Sequence record: SRR2962707_3286
Direction: 5' to 3' (one strand)
DNA length: 41,433 bases
Shown here: positions 9,263 to 18,198 of the stretch, one piece after another
Layout of the letters: each line of letters opens with the position of its first letter
Numbering within the stretch: the first letter of the stretch is position 1
Made by a program: the position numbers and the translations under genes
The notes under the pieces: generated by a model
Told to the model about the DNA's origin: nothing
Seen by the model: the letters and a program-made list of their open reading frames with translations, nothing else
Database searches by the model: none

Positions 9263-10521
9263 CTGTGCAATTTACCACCCTTCCTAATGGCTTTCGCGTC
9301 GTGACCGAACATATGCCGGGGCTGCAATCTGCCTCTATCGGAATCTGGGTCACGGCCGGCGGACGGCATGAACGGCCTGAGCAGAACGGCATCGCACACT
9401 TCCTTGAACACATGGCGTTCAAGGGCACCAAGACCCGTAGCGCCCTGCAGATCGCCGAGGCGATCGAAGATGTCGGCGGCTATATCAATGCCTATACGAG
9501 CCGCGAGGTGACTGCCTTTTATGCCCGGGTGCTGGCGGCGGATGTGGGGCTTGGCCTTGATGTCATCGCGGACATCCTGATGAACCCGGTGTTCGACCCA
9601 AAAGAGATCGAGACGGAACGGCATGTGATCCTGCAGGAAATCGGTCAGGCGCTGGACACCCCCGATGACGTTATTTTCGACTGGCTTCAGGAAAAAGCCT
9701 ATCCGGATCAGCCAATCGGGCGGACGATTCTGGGCGAGGCGACAAATGTGAATGCCTTTGACCGCGACGATATGGCCGGGTTCGTCAAGGAACACTATGG
9801 CCCCGATCAAATGATTCTGGCCGCCGCTGGTGCCGTGGATCACGACACATTGGTCGCTCAGGCGGAAAAGCTGTTTTCACATATGGAACCGCGCGATGCC
9901 GATAGCGCCGATGTGGCCCGTTTTGTCGGCGGCGAAGCGCGCCGTCAAAAGAAGCTGGAACAGGCACATTTCGCCCTGGCCTTTGAAAGCCCCGGCTACC
10001 GCGACGCGGGTTTCTACACCGGTCAGATCTATTCCATCGCGCTGGGGGGTGGCATGTCGAGCCGGCTGTTCCAGGAGGTGCGTGAAAAGCGTGGGCTATG
10101 CTACACGATCTTTGCCCAGTCCGGCGCCTATGACGACACCGGCATGATCACGGTCTATGCCGGCACCAGCGGCGACGAGGTTGGCGATCTTGCAAACATC
10201 ACCATCGACGAGATGAAGCGCGCCGCCAGCGACATGACCCCCGAGGAAGTCGCCCGCGCCCGCGCCCAAATGAAGGCCGGTCTGCTGATGGGGCTGGAAA
10301 GCCCGTCGAGTCGGGCCGAACGTCTGGCCCGGATGATTCAGATCTGGGGCAAAGTACCCCCGATCGAGGAAACCGTGGCGCGGATCGATGCCGTAATGAC
10401 CGGAGACGTTAAGGCCTTTGCCGAGGATCTGATTGCCAAGGCCCCAGCGGCGCTGGCCCTTTATGGACCCGTCAAGAAGGCACCTTCCTTGGCCGATCTA
10501 CAGGCTCGTCGGGTCGCCTGA
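9259..10521 (+). CDS. M16 (pitrilysin/MPP-like) zinc peptidase
   Basis: Inverted zinc motif HFLEH, NAYTSRE, GGGMSSRLFQEVRE; GTGA overlap with thrC. Confidence 0.95.
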   Translation: MTVQFTTLPNGFRVVTEHMPGLQSASIGIWVTAGGRHERPEQNGIAHFLEHMAFKGTKTRSALQIAEAIEDVGGYINAYTSREVTAFYARVLAADVGLGLDVIADILMNPVFDPKEIETERHVILQEIGQALDTPDDVIFDWLQEKAYPDQPIGRTILGEATNVNAFDRDDMAGFVKEHYGPDQMILAAAGAVDHDTLVAQAEKLFSHMEPRDADSADVARFVGGEARRQKKLEQAHFALAFESPGYRDAGFYTGQIYSIALGGGMSSRLFQEVREKRGLCYTIFAQSGAYDDTGMITVYAGTSGDEVGDLANITIDEMKRAASDMTPEEVARARAQMKAGLLMGLESPSSRAERLARMIQIWGKVPPIEETVARIDAVMTGDVKAFAEDLIAKAPAALALYGPVKKAPSLADLQARRVA

Positions 10522-11105
10522 TGCTCTTGGGGCGGCGCAGGCTGCGGATCGAAACCGAACGTCTTACGCTGCGACCGCCCCAACATGCGGATTTCAACGG
10601 CTGGACTGCCCTGCGTCAGTCCAGCGAGGAATTTCTAACCCCGTGGGAACCGATCTGGGCGCATGACCATCTAAGCCGCAAGGCATTTACCAACCGTGTT
10701 TATTGGGCACAGCGCTCGATCACCAAGGACTCTGCTGTGCCGCTGTTCCTCTACCGGCGCGAAGACAACGTTCTTTTGGGGGCAATTACGCTGGACAACT
10801 TGCGGCGCGGCCCGGCGCAGGCCGGAACGCTGGGCTATTGGATCGGCCAACCCTTTGCCAGAATGGGCTACATGGCCGAAGCGATCGAGGCGGTGGTGCA
10901 TTACGCCTATGAACGCCTTGACCTCAGCCGGATCGAAGCCGCCTGCCTGCCCGAGAATGTCGCCTCGCGCGGGCTGCTGGAACGATCCGGTTTCAAATAC
11001 GAGGGTGTGGCGCAGAGCTATCTGCAAATCAACGGCCGATGGCGGACGCATGTGCTCTATGCCGCGCTTCGGAATGACAGGCGCGGGCGCACCCAGGTTG
11101 GCTGA
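10521..11105 (+). CDS. rimJ: RimJ-family GNAT N-acetyltransferase
   Basis: LTPWEP, GTLGYWIG, ACLPENVASRGLL, YLQINGRWRTHVLY. Confidence 0.88.
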   Translation: MLLGRRRLRIETERLTLRPPQHADFNGWTALRQSSEEFLTPWEPIWAHDHLSRKAFTNRVYWAQRSITKDSAVPLFLYRREDNVLLGAITLDNLRRGPAQAGTLGYWIGQPFARMGYMAEAIEAVVHYAYERLDLSRIEAACLPENVASRGLLERSGFKYEGVAQSYLQINGRWRTHVLYAALRNDRRGRTQVG

Positions 11106-11194
11106 TCCTCAAACTGCCGTAAACTTGACCCACAGCTTTGTGGGCTGACCTTTGTGCAAGTTACGCTATCCTGACAAACAGGAGGTAACAGGCC

Positions 11195-12028
11195 ATGATC
11201 CGACTGCTGATTTCGTCCCTTGTCACCCTGTCGCTGTTTGCGTGTGCTGCAAGTGCGCAGGAAAGACGCCGCCCCAGCCACTGCATCGCAATCGCCGATG
11301 CCGCTCCGGGTATGGAATTTCTGCACAAGGCCAGCTTTCAGGACCCGGTGCCGGAATATTCGGTGCGGATCAGCTATATCTCTCATGCGTCCTTTCTGAT
11401 CCAGACGCCCGGCGGATTGAACGCGGTGACGGATTTCACCGGCTATATCGGCAATACGACCCTGATCCCCGACGTTGTCACGATGAATCATGCCCATGAC
11501 ACCCACTGGACCGCATACCCCGACCCGGCGATTCCCCATGCCCTACCCGGTTGGGGGGCGTTCGGGATGGGGATTGAACACCACCTCGACCTTGGGGAAA
11601 TGCTGGTGCGCAATGTGTCGACCGACATCCGGTCCCAATTCGGGGGCCGTGAGGATAATGGCAATTCCATCTTTGTATTCGAGGTCGAGGGCCTGTGCAT
11701 CGGGCACCTTGGCCATTTGCACCACGAACCGAATGATCAGCAATATGCCGCCCTCGGGCGGTTGGATGTTGTGATGGTTCCGGTAGACGGGGGGTATACC
11801 ATGGAACTCGCTGCGATGATCCGCGTGGTCGAACGGCTAAAATCCAGTGTGGTTATCCCAATGCATTGGTTTTCCGGCAGCACGCTGGAATATTTCCTGA
11901 CCGGCGTTTCGGATGTTTTTACAATCGACCGGCGCGAGGAGAACAGCCTTGAAATATCCCTGCGCGACCTGCCGTCCCGCCCCACGGTCGTGGTTTTGCA
12001 GCCCCAATGGCTGAGCGATGAGCAATGA
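11195..12028 (+). CDS. Exported MBL-fold metallo-hydrolase
   Basis: Signal peptide (ASAQ), HASFLI, NHAHDTH, HLGHLHH, IPMHW; GGAGG RBS. Confidence 0.88.
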   Translation: MIRLLISSLVTLSLFACAASAQERRRPSHCIAIADAAPGMEFLHKASFQDPVPEYSVRISYISHASFLIQTPGGLNAVTDFTGYIGNTTLIPDVVTMNHAHDTHWTAYPDPAIPHALPGWGAFGMGIEHHLDLGEMLVRNVSTDIRSQFGGREDNGNSIFVFEVEGLCIGHLGHLHHEPNDQQYAALGRLDVVMVPVDGGYTMELAAMIRVVERLKSSVVIPMHWFSGSTLEYFLTGVSDVFTIDRREENSLEISLRDLPSRPTVVVLQPQWLSDEQ

Positions 12029-12237
12029 AGTCGATTATCGGCACATCCCGCCGTCAGCGATGATCGGACCTACGACTATAGGAGCAGGCCTGGCCGTGCC
12101 AAACGGGCAAGGATACCCTGCTACCACCCAGCAAAGCGCCGCACGGCATCATCCGGCCCCAATGTTCAACTGCCCTCTTTGGTTCCCGTCTCCGGCAGGC
12201 TAAGTCATATAACAAGCCCGACACCTTGGAGATGCTC

Positions 12238-13659
12238 ATGCCCCTCGCCCCTGCTGACGATACTTTTGCCTCTGACCTCGCAGCGCAACTGCCCCAGGAC
12301 ACCCTGCGCCCGACCGAACCGCGCTATCTGGAAGAGCCGCGCGGCCGCTGGAACGGCACCTCAAGGCACCTCGCCCTGCCCCGTACGGCCGGGGAGGTCG
12401 CGGTGATTCTGAGGGCCTGCAACGCGGCTAAGGTGGGTGTCATCCCCTTTGGTGGCGGCACTGGGCTGGTCGGCGGGCAGATCGCACCGCAGGGAATGCC
12501 CGAGCCACTGATCCTATCGCTGGAACGCATGAACGCGATCCGCGCGGTCTATCCCGAAGAAAATGTCCTCATTGCCGAAGCGGGTGTGATCCTTACCGAG
12601 GTCCAGAGCGCAGCCAGCGACGTGGATCGCCTGTTTCCGCTATCGCTTGCCTCCGAAGGGTCGGCGCGGGTCGGTGGGTTGCTTGCGACCAACGCGGGCG
12701 GGGTTAACGTGCTGCGTTACGGCAACACCCGCGATCTGGTTCTGGGGCTAGAGGCGGTGTTGCCTGATGGTCAGATCTGGCATGGCCTCAAACGCCTGCG
12801 CAAGGACAACACCGGATATGATCTGCGCCACCTTCTGATAGGGGCCGAAGGCACGCTGGGTGTCATCACCGCTGCGGCGCTAAAGCTTTCGCCCGTACCG
12901 GCAGGGCGCGGTACGGCGCTGATGGTGGTCCAAAGCCCCGACGCCGCGCTGAAATTGCTGTCCATGGCCAGCAGTCAGATGGGCGAAGGTATTTCGGCGT
13001 TTGAAATCATGAGCCGCACGGGTCTCGACTTCCTTGCCGAAAAGCTGCCCGATGTCCGCCAGCCCTTTGACGAACGGCCAGAATGGATGGTGCTGATCGA
13101 TGTCGGCCTGGCCCACGGCCTGGACCCGGCTGAGGTGCTTGAAACCCTGTTTGCCGAGGCGTTTGACGCCGGGCTGGTGTCGGACGGTCTAATTGCACAA
13201 TCGCAGGCGCAGGCCGATGATTTCTGGCAGGTCCGCGAACGCATCCCCGAAGCGAACAGGATGATCGGTGCGGTATCCAGCCATGATATTTCCGTCCCGC
13301 TGAGCGCGATTCCCGACTTTATCACCAAAGGCAATGAAGTCATTGGCACCCTCGGCGATTTTCGCATCAACTGTTTCGGCCACGTGGGTGATGGCAATTT
13401 GCACTACAACATCTTCCCCGCACCCGGGCGCAACCGCGCCGACCACGAAAACCAGCGCGATGAAATCAAGCGTTCCCTGCACGATCTTTGTCACGAGATG
13501 GGCGGATCGGTCAGCGCCGAACACGGGATTGGCAGGCTCAAGGTCAGCGATCTGGAACGGTACGGCGATCCGAGCAAACTTAACGTCATGCGCGCCATCA
13601 AGACGGCGCTTGACCCGTCCGGCATCATGAATCCCGGTGCTGTCCTGCGCGACGCCTGA
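12238..13659 (+). CDS. FAD-binding oxidoreductase, D-2-hydroxyacid dehydrogenase (GlcD/D2HGDH-like) family
   Basis: PFGGGTGLVGG, LRKDNTGYDL, GAEGTLG, GHVGDGNLH, SAEHGIG, MNPG. Start placed at ATG 12238 after GGAG; 12232 or 12226 are also possible. Confidence 0.92.
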   Translation: MPLAPADDTFASDLAAQLPQDTLRPTEPRYLEEPRGRWNGTSRHLALPRTAGEVAVILRACNAAKVGVIPFGGGTGLVGGQIAPQGMPEPLILSLERMNAIRAVYPEENVLIAEAGVILTEVQSAASDVDRLFPLSLASEGSARVGGLLATNAGGVNVLRYGNTRDLVLGLEAVLPDGQIWHGLKRLRKDNTGYDLRHLLIGAEGTLGVITAAALKLSPVPAGRGTALMVVQSPDAALKLLSMASSQMGEGISAFEIMSRTGLDFLAEKLPDVRQPFDERPEWMVLIDVGLAHGLDPAEVLETLFAEAFDAGLVSDGLIAQSQAQADDFWQVRERIPEANRMIGAVSSHDISVPLSAIPDFITKGNEVIGTLGDFRINCFGHVGDGNLHYNIFPAPGRNRADHENQRDEIKRSLHDLCHEMGGSVSAEHGIGRLKVSDLERYGDPSKLNVMRAIKTALDPSGIMNPGAVLRDA

Positions 13660-13822
13660 CGCCTTGTCGTACGGCGCTACGTGAATTCAATGCCACCGCC
13701 CTGTGCCGCGCGTTTGCGGCATGCGCATGTCCGCAACACAATCGTCGACGTTACATGTTATCGGTGGCGGAATGACGCTGCGGTTCACGCCCAGTCCTTT
13801 GCGCCTGCCTTGGAATTTCTGC

Positions 13823-13851
13823 TTGACGGCACCCGCCAGCTTTCGTACCCA
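13823..13851 (+). promoter_or_regulatory. Sigma70-type promoter of the tRNA
   Basis: TTGACG-N17-TACCCA, 12 nt upstream of the tRNA 5' end. Confidence 0.55.
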
Positions 13852-13863
13852 GCCGCACGGTAC

Positions 13864-13940
13864 GGCGCGGTAGCTCAGTTGGTTAGAGCGATCGACTCAT
13901 AATCGATAGGTCGGGAGTTCAAGTCTCCCCCACGCCACCA
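13864..13940 (+). tRNA. tRNA with CAU anticodon, probably elongator tRNA-Met (Ile2 not excluded)
   Basis: 77 nt; D arm GCTC/GAGC, anticodon arm ATCGA-CTCATAA-TCGAT, T arm GGGAG-TTCAAGT-CTCCC, encoded CCA. G1-C72 is paired and the anticodon stem lacks GGG/CCC, so it is not the initiator. Confidence 0.93.
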
Positions 13941-14154
13941 CCTTGCCCGATCAGCAATACAAGATCCGTCTGGGATTTGCTGTAGGGATTGAAAAGAACA
14001 GGCGTCAGTAACACGATTGCATCCACCTCAGGGCAAAGCTGGGATCGCCGACGCGTCGGACAAAAACTTCCATTCGCTTTTCATCGTGGACTGGATCAAA
14101 TATAAGTCGTCAGGTCGGTGTCGGTAGGCACGAAAATCAATAGTAGGTTTCCGA

Positions 14155-14751
14155 TTGACCACGATCATCGTCAAAAAGGTTTCATACATTCTTTGCCTAC
14201 TGGTGGGGCTGCTGATCAGTGGCTGTACCGGTACGGACACTGGGATGAAGGCCACGCCCGACACGGTCAAGATCACCGAATTATCCCGCGCCATCCTGGC
14301 CCTTGGCCCCGCCGTTGACGCTGCCGAAGCAGACCGGGCCGCCGAAATTGCTGTTTCTTATCCGCGTCATCTGGCATCCGTATACGGCGTCACTGATCCC
14401 GCGATAATCCACAATATGAAGGTCAATGCCGGCTTGCGCCCTAGGGGGCTGTGCTGGCACTGGGCGCATGATCTAGGAGCCCGCCTGCGGCAGGAGAATT
14501 TTCAGACATTGGACCTACACCACGCCATCGCAAATGCCGATGTCGCATTCCGCATTGAACACAGTTCTGTTGTGATCAATGCGCGGGGTGACGACATGGA
14601 TGAAGGTTTGATCCTCGACCCCTGGCGCTATGGTGGCGCGCTTTACTGGGGTCCACCGGCCGAGGATGCCGCATACAAGTGGCGCCCTAGGCAAGAGGTC
14701 TGGGATTACAAACGAGAACGGCGCGCAGGTCTGAACCCGGCACCGCTCTAG
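14155..14751 (+). CDS. Hypothetical lipoprotein with a possible Cys-His-Asp triad
   Basis: Basic/hydrophobic N-terminus with lipobox ISGC; motifs RGLCWHWA, EHSSVV, LDPWR. TTG start uncertain. Confidence 0.75.
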   Translation: MTTIIVKKVSYILCLLVGLLISGCTGTDTGMKATPDTVKITELSRAILALGPAVDAAEADRAAEIAVSYPRHLASVYGVTDPAIIHNMKVNAGLRPRGLCWHWAHDLGARLRQENFQTLDLHHAIANADVAFRIEHSSVVINARGDDMDEGLILDPWRYGGALYWGPPAEDAAYKWRPRQEVWDYKRERRAGLNPAPL

Positions 14752-14760
14752 GTGTAAGCG

Positions 14761-15165
14761 TTACCCGGCGCGCTGAATATATGCTGTGGCCTCGATCTCC
14801 AGCAGGGCTTCATCTTCGACCAGTGCCTGCACAACCACCATCGTCATCGCCGGAAAATGCCGACCCAGCACTGCCTGATAGACTTTTCCAATCTCGGCCT
14901 GATGCGCAAGGTATGTGCGTTTGTCCGTCACGAACCACGTCATACGCAGGATATCCGCCGCCGTGCCACCCGCCATTTCCACGACGGCCAGTATATTGCG
15001 CAAGGCCTGCTCCATCTGGCCAATGAAATCCTTGGCCAAAAATACCTGATCGCCGGTCCAGCCGATCTGCCCGGCGACATATAATGTGCCGTCCGCCCCG
15101 AGCATGCCGTTGGCATAACCTTTGGCCGGCTTCCAGCCTTCGGGGTGAATTATAAGATGGGTCAT
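14761..15165 (-). CDS. Rid (YjgF/YER057c/UK114) family protein, AbmF-like
   Basis: GYANG, LYVAGQIG, LEIEATA; ATGA overlap with the upstream thioesterase. Confidence 0.9.
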   Translation of the reverse strand: MTHLIIHPEGWKPAKGYANGMLGADGTLYVAGQIGWTGDQVFLAKDFIGQMEQALRNILAVVEMAGGTAADILRMTWFVTDKRTYLAHQAEIGKVYQAVLGRHFPAMTMVVVQALVEDEALLEIEATAYIQRAG

Positions 15166-15569
15166 TTCGATGCTCCGGTATCAGTCGTCAGTTTGGCGCG
15201 AATTATGTCCGGCCACGGCAGGGGTCTGCCAGCCTCATCCACATTCACAATGGTCGATTTGGCCTCAAATCGCAGTTCATCACCGCATGTCACCGCAAAG
15301 GCAAGTCCTAGCGCCGTGCGGCCCGGCGCAGCATGGCTCAGCGCAAAATCCAACATATCGCCGTGCCGCGACACCCGCCGGAATGTCGCCGAGATTTCGG
15401 CAGTGGGTACGGCGCCTGTCTTGTGCATTTTTTCGAACGGCCAGCCGAGGGCTGCGTCAAAAAAGGCCTCGACGCAGTCATTTATCATCTCGAAATACCG
15501 GGGATAAAAAACGATCCCCGCCGGGTCGCAATGTTTAAACAGAACTTTCTGCGCAAAATGGAATGTCAT
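15162..15569 (-). CDS. 4-hydroxybenzoyl-CoA-type hotdog thioesterase
   Basis: HCDPAGIVFYPRY motif, 135 aa. Confidence 0.9.
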   Translation of the reverse strand: MTFHFAQKVLFKHCDPAGIVFYPRYFEMINDCVEAFFDAALGWPFEKMHKTGAVPTAEISATFRRVSRHGDMLDFALSHAAPGRTALGLAFAVTCGDELRFEAKSTIVNVDEAGRPLPWPDIIRAKLTTDTGASK

Positions 15570-15614
15570 GGGGTCACCGTTCCCATGTGCGGCCGGACGA
15601 AGTGATCTTGCATC

Positions 15615-17246
15615 TCACACATCGGTTTTGGGCTTCAGGGCAAAGCGCTGGATCTTCCCTGTCTGCGTTTTGGGCAGAGCATCACAAAACAGGACCGAGC
15701 GGGGATATTTGAACGGCGCAATGACCGCCTTCACATGGTCTTGCAACGTCTTGACCATCATAGTGTCAGCCACGACCCCTGGTGCAAGCACAACATGCGC
15801 CTGCACGATCGTACCGCGCGCCTCGTCCGGTACGCCAATAACGGCGCATTCCGAAACGGCTGCGTGGGCCAACAGCGCCGCCTCGACCTCGGGACCAGCG
15901 ATATTGTAACCGGACGAAACGATCATGTCGTCGTTGCGCGCGGCAAAATGCAGATAGCCGCCTTCGTCCATAGAAAACGCATCGCCCGTAACGTTCCACC
16001 CGTCCAGCACATAGCCCCTCTGCCGGTCATCGGCGAGGTAGCGGCACCCCGTCGGCCCGCGCACGGCCAACCGCCCTACTGTGCCGCGCGGCACCTCTTG
16101 CCCATCGGACCCAATCACCTTTGCCTCGTACCCGCGCACGGGTTTACCGGTACAGCCGGGCCTGTGATCGTCGAACCTGTTCGACACAAAGATATGCAAC
16201 ATCTCGGTCGCACCGATCCCATCCAGCATCGGCTTGCCTGTTTGTTTCATCCAGGCCTCGTAGATCGGCCCGGGCAGGGTTTCGCCCGCTGACACAGCCG
16301 CGCGTAGGGACGACAGGTCCGCCCCCTCCTCCATCGCCTGTAGCATCACGCGATAGGCTGTCGGCGCAGTGAAACAGATCGTCGCCTTATATTTTTGGAT
16401 GATCTCAATCATGTTCGCAGGCGATGCGTTTTCGAGCAAAGTCGCCGCCGCGCCAAAGCGCAGCGGAAACACCGCAAGACCACCCAGCCCAAAGGTAAAG
16501 GCCAATGGCGGTGAGCCGACAAAGATATCATCGGGCGTGACGCCCAACACCTCGGCCGCATAGCCATCGGCAATCATCATCAGATCCCGGTGAAAATGCA
16601 TCGTCGCCTTGGGCGTCCCCGTCGTACCTGACGTAAACCCCAGCAGGGCCACATCATCCCGCCCCGTCGGCACCGCGTCGAACAGCACCGACTTTTCAAG
16701 CGCGAGCCGGTCCAGTTCGGCATCGTGGTTTGACGAGCCGTCAAACCCCACCACGGTCGTCAGGTACCGGCTGTCTTTGGCGCAAGTTGCAAGTTCATCC
16801 ATCAACCGCGTGTCGCAAAGCGCATGGGTGATTTCAGCTTTGTCCACGATTGCCGAAAGTTCCCCGGCCCGCAGCATTGGCATGGTGTTAACGACAACCG
16901 CGCCCACCTTGGTAGCTGCCAACCAGCAGGCGACCATAGCCGGATTGTTGGCCGAACGGATCAACACCCGATTGCCGGGCTTGACGCCAAAATCCTCTAC
17001 CAGCACATGGGCCAGCCGGTTGGTCCAGTCTGCCAGTTCCTTGTAGGTCCGCCGCCGCCCGTTTCCGATTAATGCAGTGCGGTCGCCAAACCCGCGGGCG
17101 ACGATCGCATCTGTGAGTTCCGCGCCAGCATTTAATTGTTCGGGATAATCAAAGTCGTCCATGCGGAACTCCGGCCACAGATCGGGCGGCGGCAGGTTTT
17201 CCCGTGTGAAGCTGTCCACATGGACAGAGGGTCCAAGCGGTGTCAT
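15615..17246 (-). CDS. abmG: 2-aminobenzoate/benzoate-family aryl-CoA ligase
   Basis: N-terminal HVDSFTRENLPP, P-loop FTSGTTGTPK, FTFGLGG, GIGATEMLHIF, PKTQTGKIQRF; cluster context. Confidence 0.88.
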   Translation of the reverse strand: MTPLGPSVHVDSFTRENLPPPDLWPEFRMDDFDYPEQLNAGAELTDAIVARGFGDRTALIGNGRRRTYKELADWTNRLAHVLVEDFGVKPGNRVLIRSANNPAMVACWLAATKVGAVVVNTMPMLRAGELSAIVDKAEITHALCDTRLMDELATCAKDSRYLTTVVGFDGSSNHDAELDRLALEKSVLFDAVPTGRDDVALLGFTSGTTGTPKATMHFHRDLMMIADGYAAEVLGVTPDDIFVGSPPLAFTFGLGGLAVFPLRFGAAATLLENASPANMIEIIQKYKATICFTAPTAYRVMLQAMEEGADLSSLRAAVSAGETLPGPIYEAWMKQTGKPMLDGIGATEMLHIFVSNRFDDHRPGCTGKPVRGYEAKVIGSDGQEVPRGTVGRLAVRGPTGCRYLADDRQRGYVLDGWNVTGDAFSMDEGGYLHFAARNDDMIVSSGYNIAGPEVEAALLAHAAVSECAVIGVPDEARGTIVQAHVVLAPGVVADTMMVKTLQDHVKAVIAPFKYPRSVLFCDALPKTQTGKIQRFALKPKTDV

Positions 17247-17692
17247 GAATTGGCCTCTTCCGGCAGGAACTCGACCTCGTGTTGTGCAGACAGTTCCACC
17301 ACACGGGCCACATCGGTCAGATCGTGCAGTGCCTCAAACAGATCCTTCAGCTTGCCGGCAGGGGATACCCAAAAAAGTGCGCGCGCCGGTTTGTCGGACT
17401 TATTGAAATAGCCGTGCGGGATACCCTTAGGCATGCGCACAAGGTCCCCGGCGCGCGCCTTGCTCCAGATACCGTCAAGCTTCAGGTCCAATTCACCTTC
17501 CTGCACCAGGATGAATTCGTCCTGGGTCGTGTGGATATGGACCGGCACAAACTGGCCCGGCGCCGAATTCGCCTCAAAGGCAAAAGTCGTCTCGCCCACC
17601 GCCTTGGGGTAATAGATCTGACCTAGGATGTTCCAGGTTACACCGTCATATCCAGTGCCGTTTTCGGTGATGCCTTTAACGAGGTCGGTCAT
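17243..17692 (-). CDS. Monocupin with a 3His-1Glu metal motif (copy 1)
   Basis: HIHTTQDE and PKGIPHGY; paralog of 29543..30001. Confidence 0.88.
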   Translation of the reverse strand: MTDLVKGITENGTGYDGVTWNILGQIYYPKAVGETTFAFEANSAPGQFVPVHIHTTQDEFILVQEGELDLKLDGIWSKARAGDLVRMPKGIPHGYFNKSDKPARALFWVSPAGKLKDLFEALHDLTDVARVVELSAQHEVEFLPEEANS

Positions 17693-17721
17693 TGTCAGTG
17701 CTCCTGTTCAGAGGTTTCAAA

Positions 17722-18198
17722 TCATAGATCCGTTCGGACGTGCCAGAGTTCGGGAAATAGTTCGACCGCAAGCATCATCTTGAGGTAATCAACCCCGCCG
17801 GTCCCACCGGTGCCACGCTTGAACCCGATCAACCGGTATTGTAGGGACTGAAATCCCGACGACCGTCCCAGTCGGTCGCGGAAAGTGGTATAGTCGCTTG
17901 GCGTCATGGTGCGCAGCACATCCCACGCCGAATTCAGCTGTTCCATGATCCGGCTGACCCGGGCCAGCATCTTGAACGCCGCCGGCAACTGGTCTGCCGC
18001 AATCGCCCGCCGCGCCGCATCCAGTTCCGACAGCATCAGCTTCATCCACAGTTCGGATGTCTGGTGCTGGATGATGAACAACATCTCGTCCGGTGCGTCC
18101 GACAGTGGATGCTGCGCGCTCAGAAGCTGATCCAGACCCAGGTAATCCCCATAGGACATCTGGTCGGAAAAATCGGTTTCGGGACCATTGCTGCTCAT
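17722..18198 (-). pseudogene. kynA: Tryptophan 2,3-dioxygenase with a large in-frame internal deletion
   Basis: [21 protein letters not shown] and [11 protein letters not shown] are joined directly to the C-terminal [15 protein letters not shown]...FPELW; 158 aa versus roughly 280 aa for typical bacterial TDO. Confidence 0.88.

Noticed and set aside
12029..12237. Small ORFs 12018..12203 and 12054..12302 in the gap before the FAD oxidoreductase
   Set aside because: No motifs or convincing RBS; treated as intergenic.
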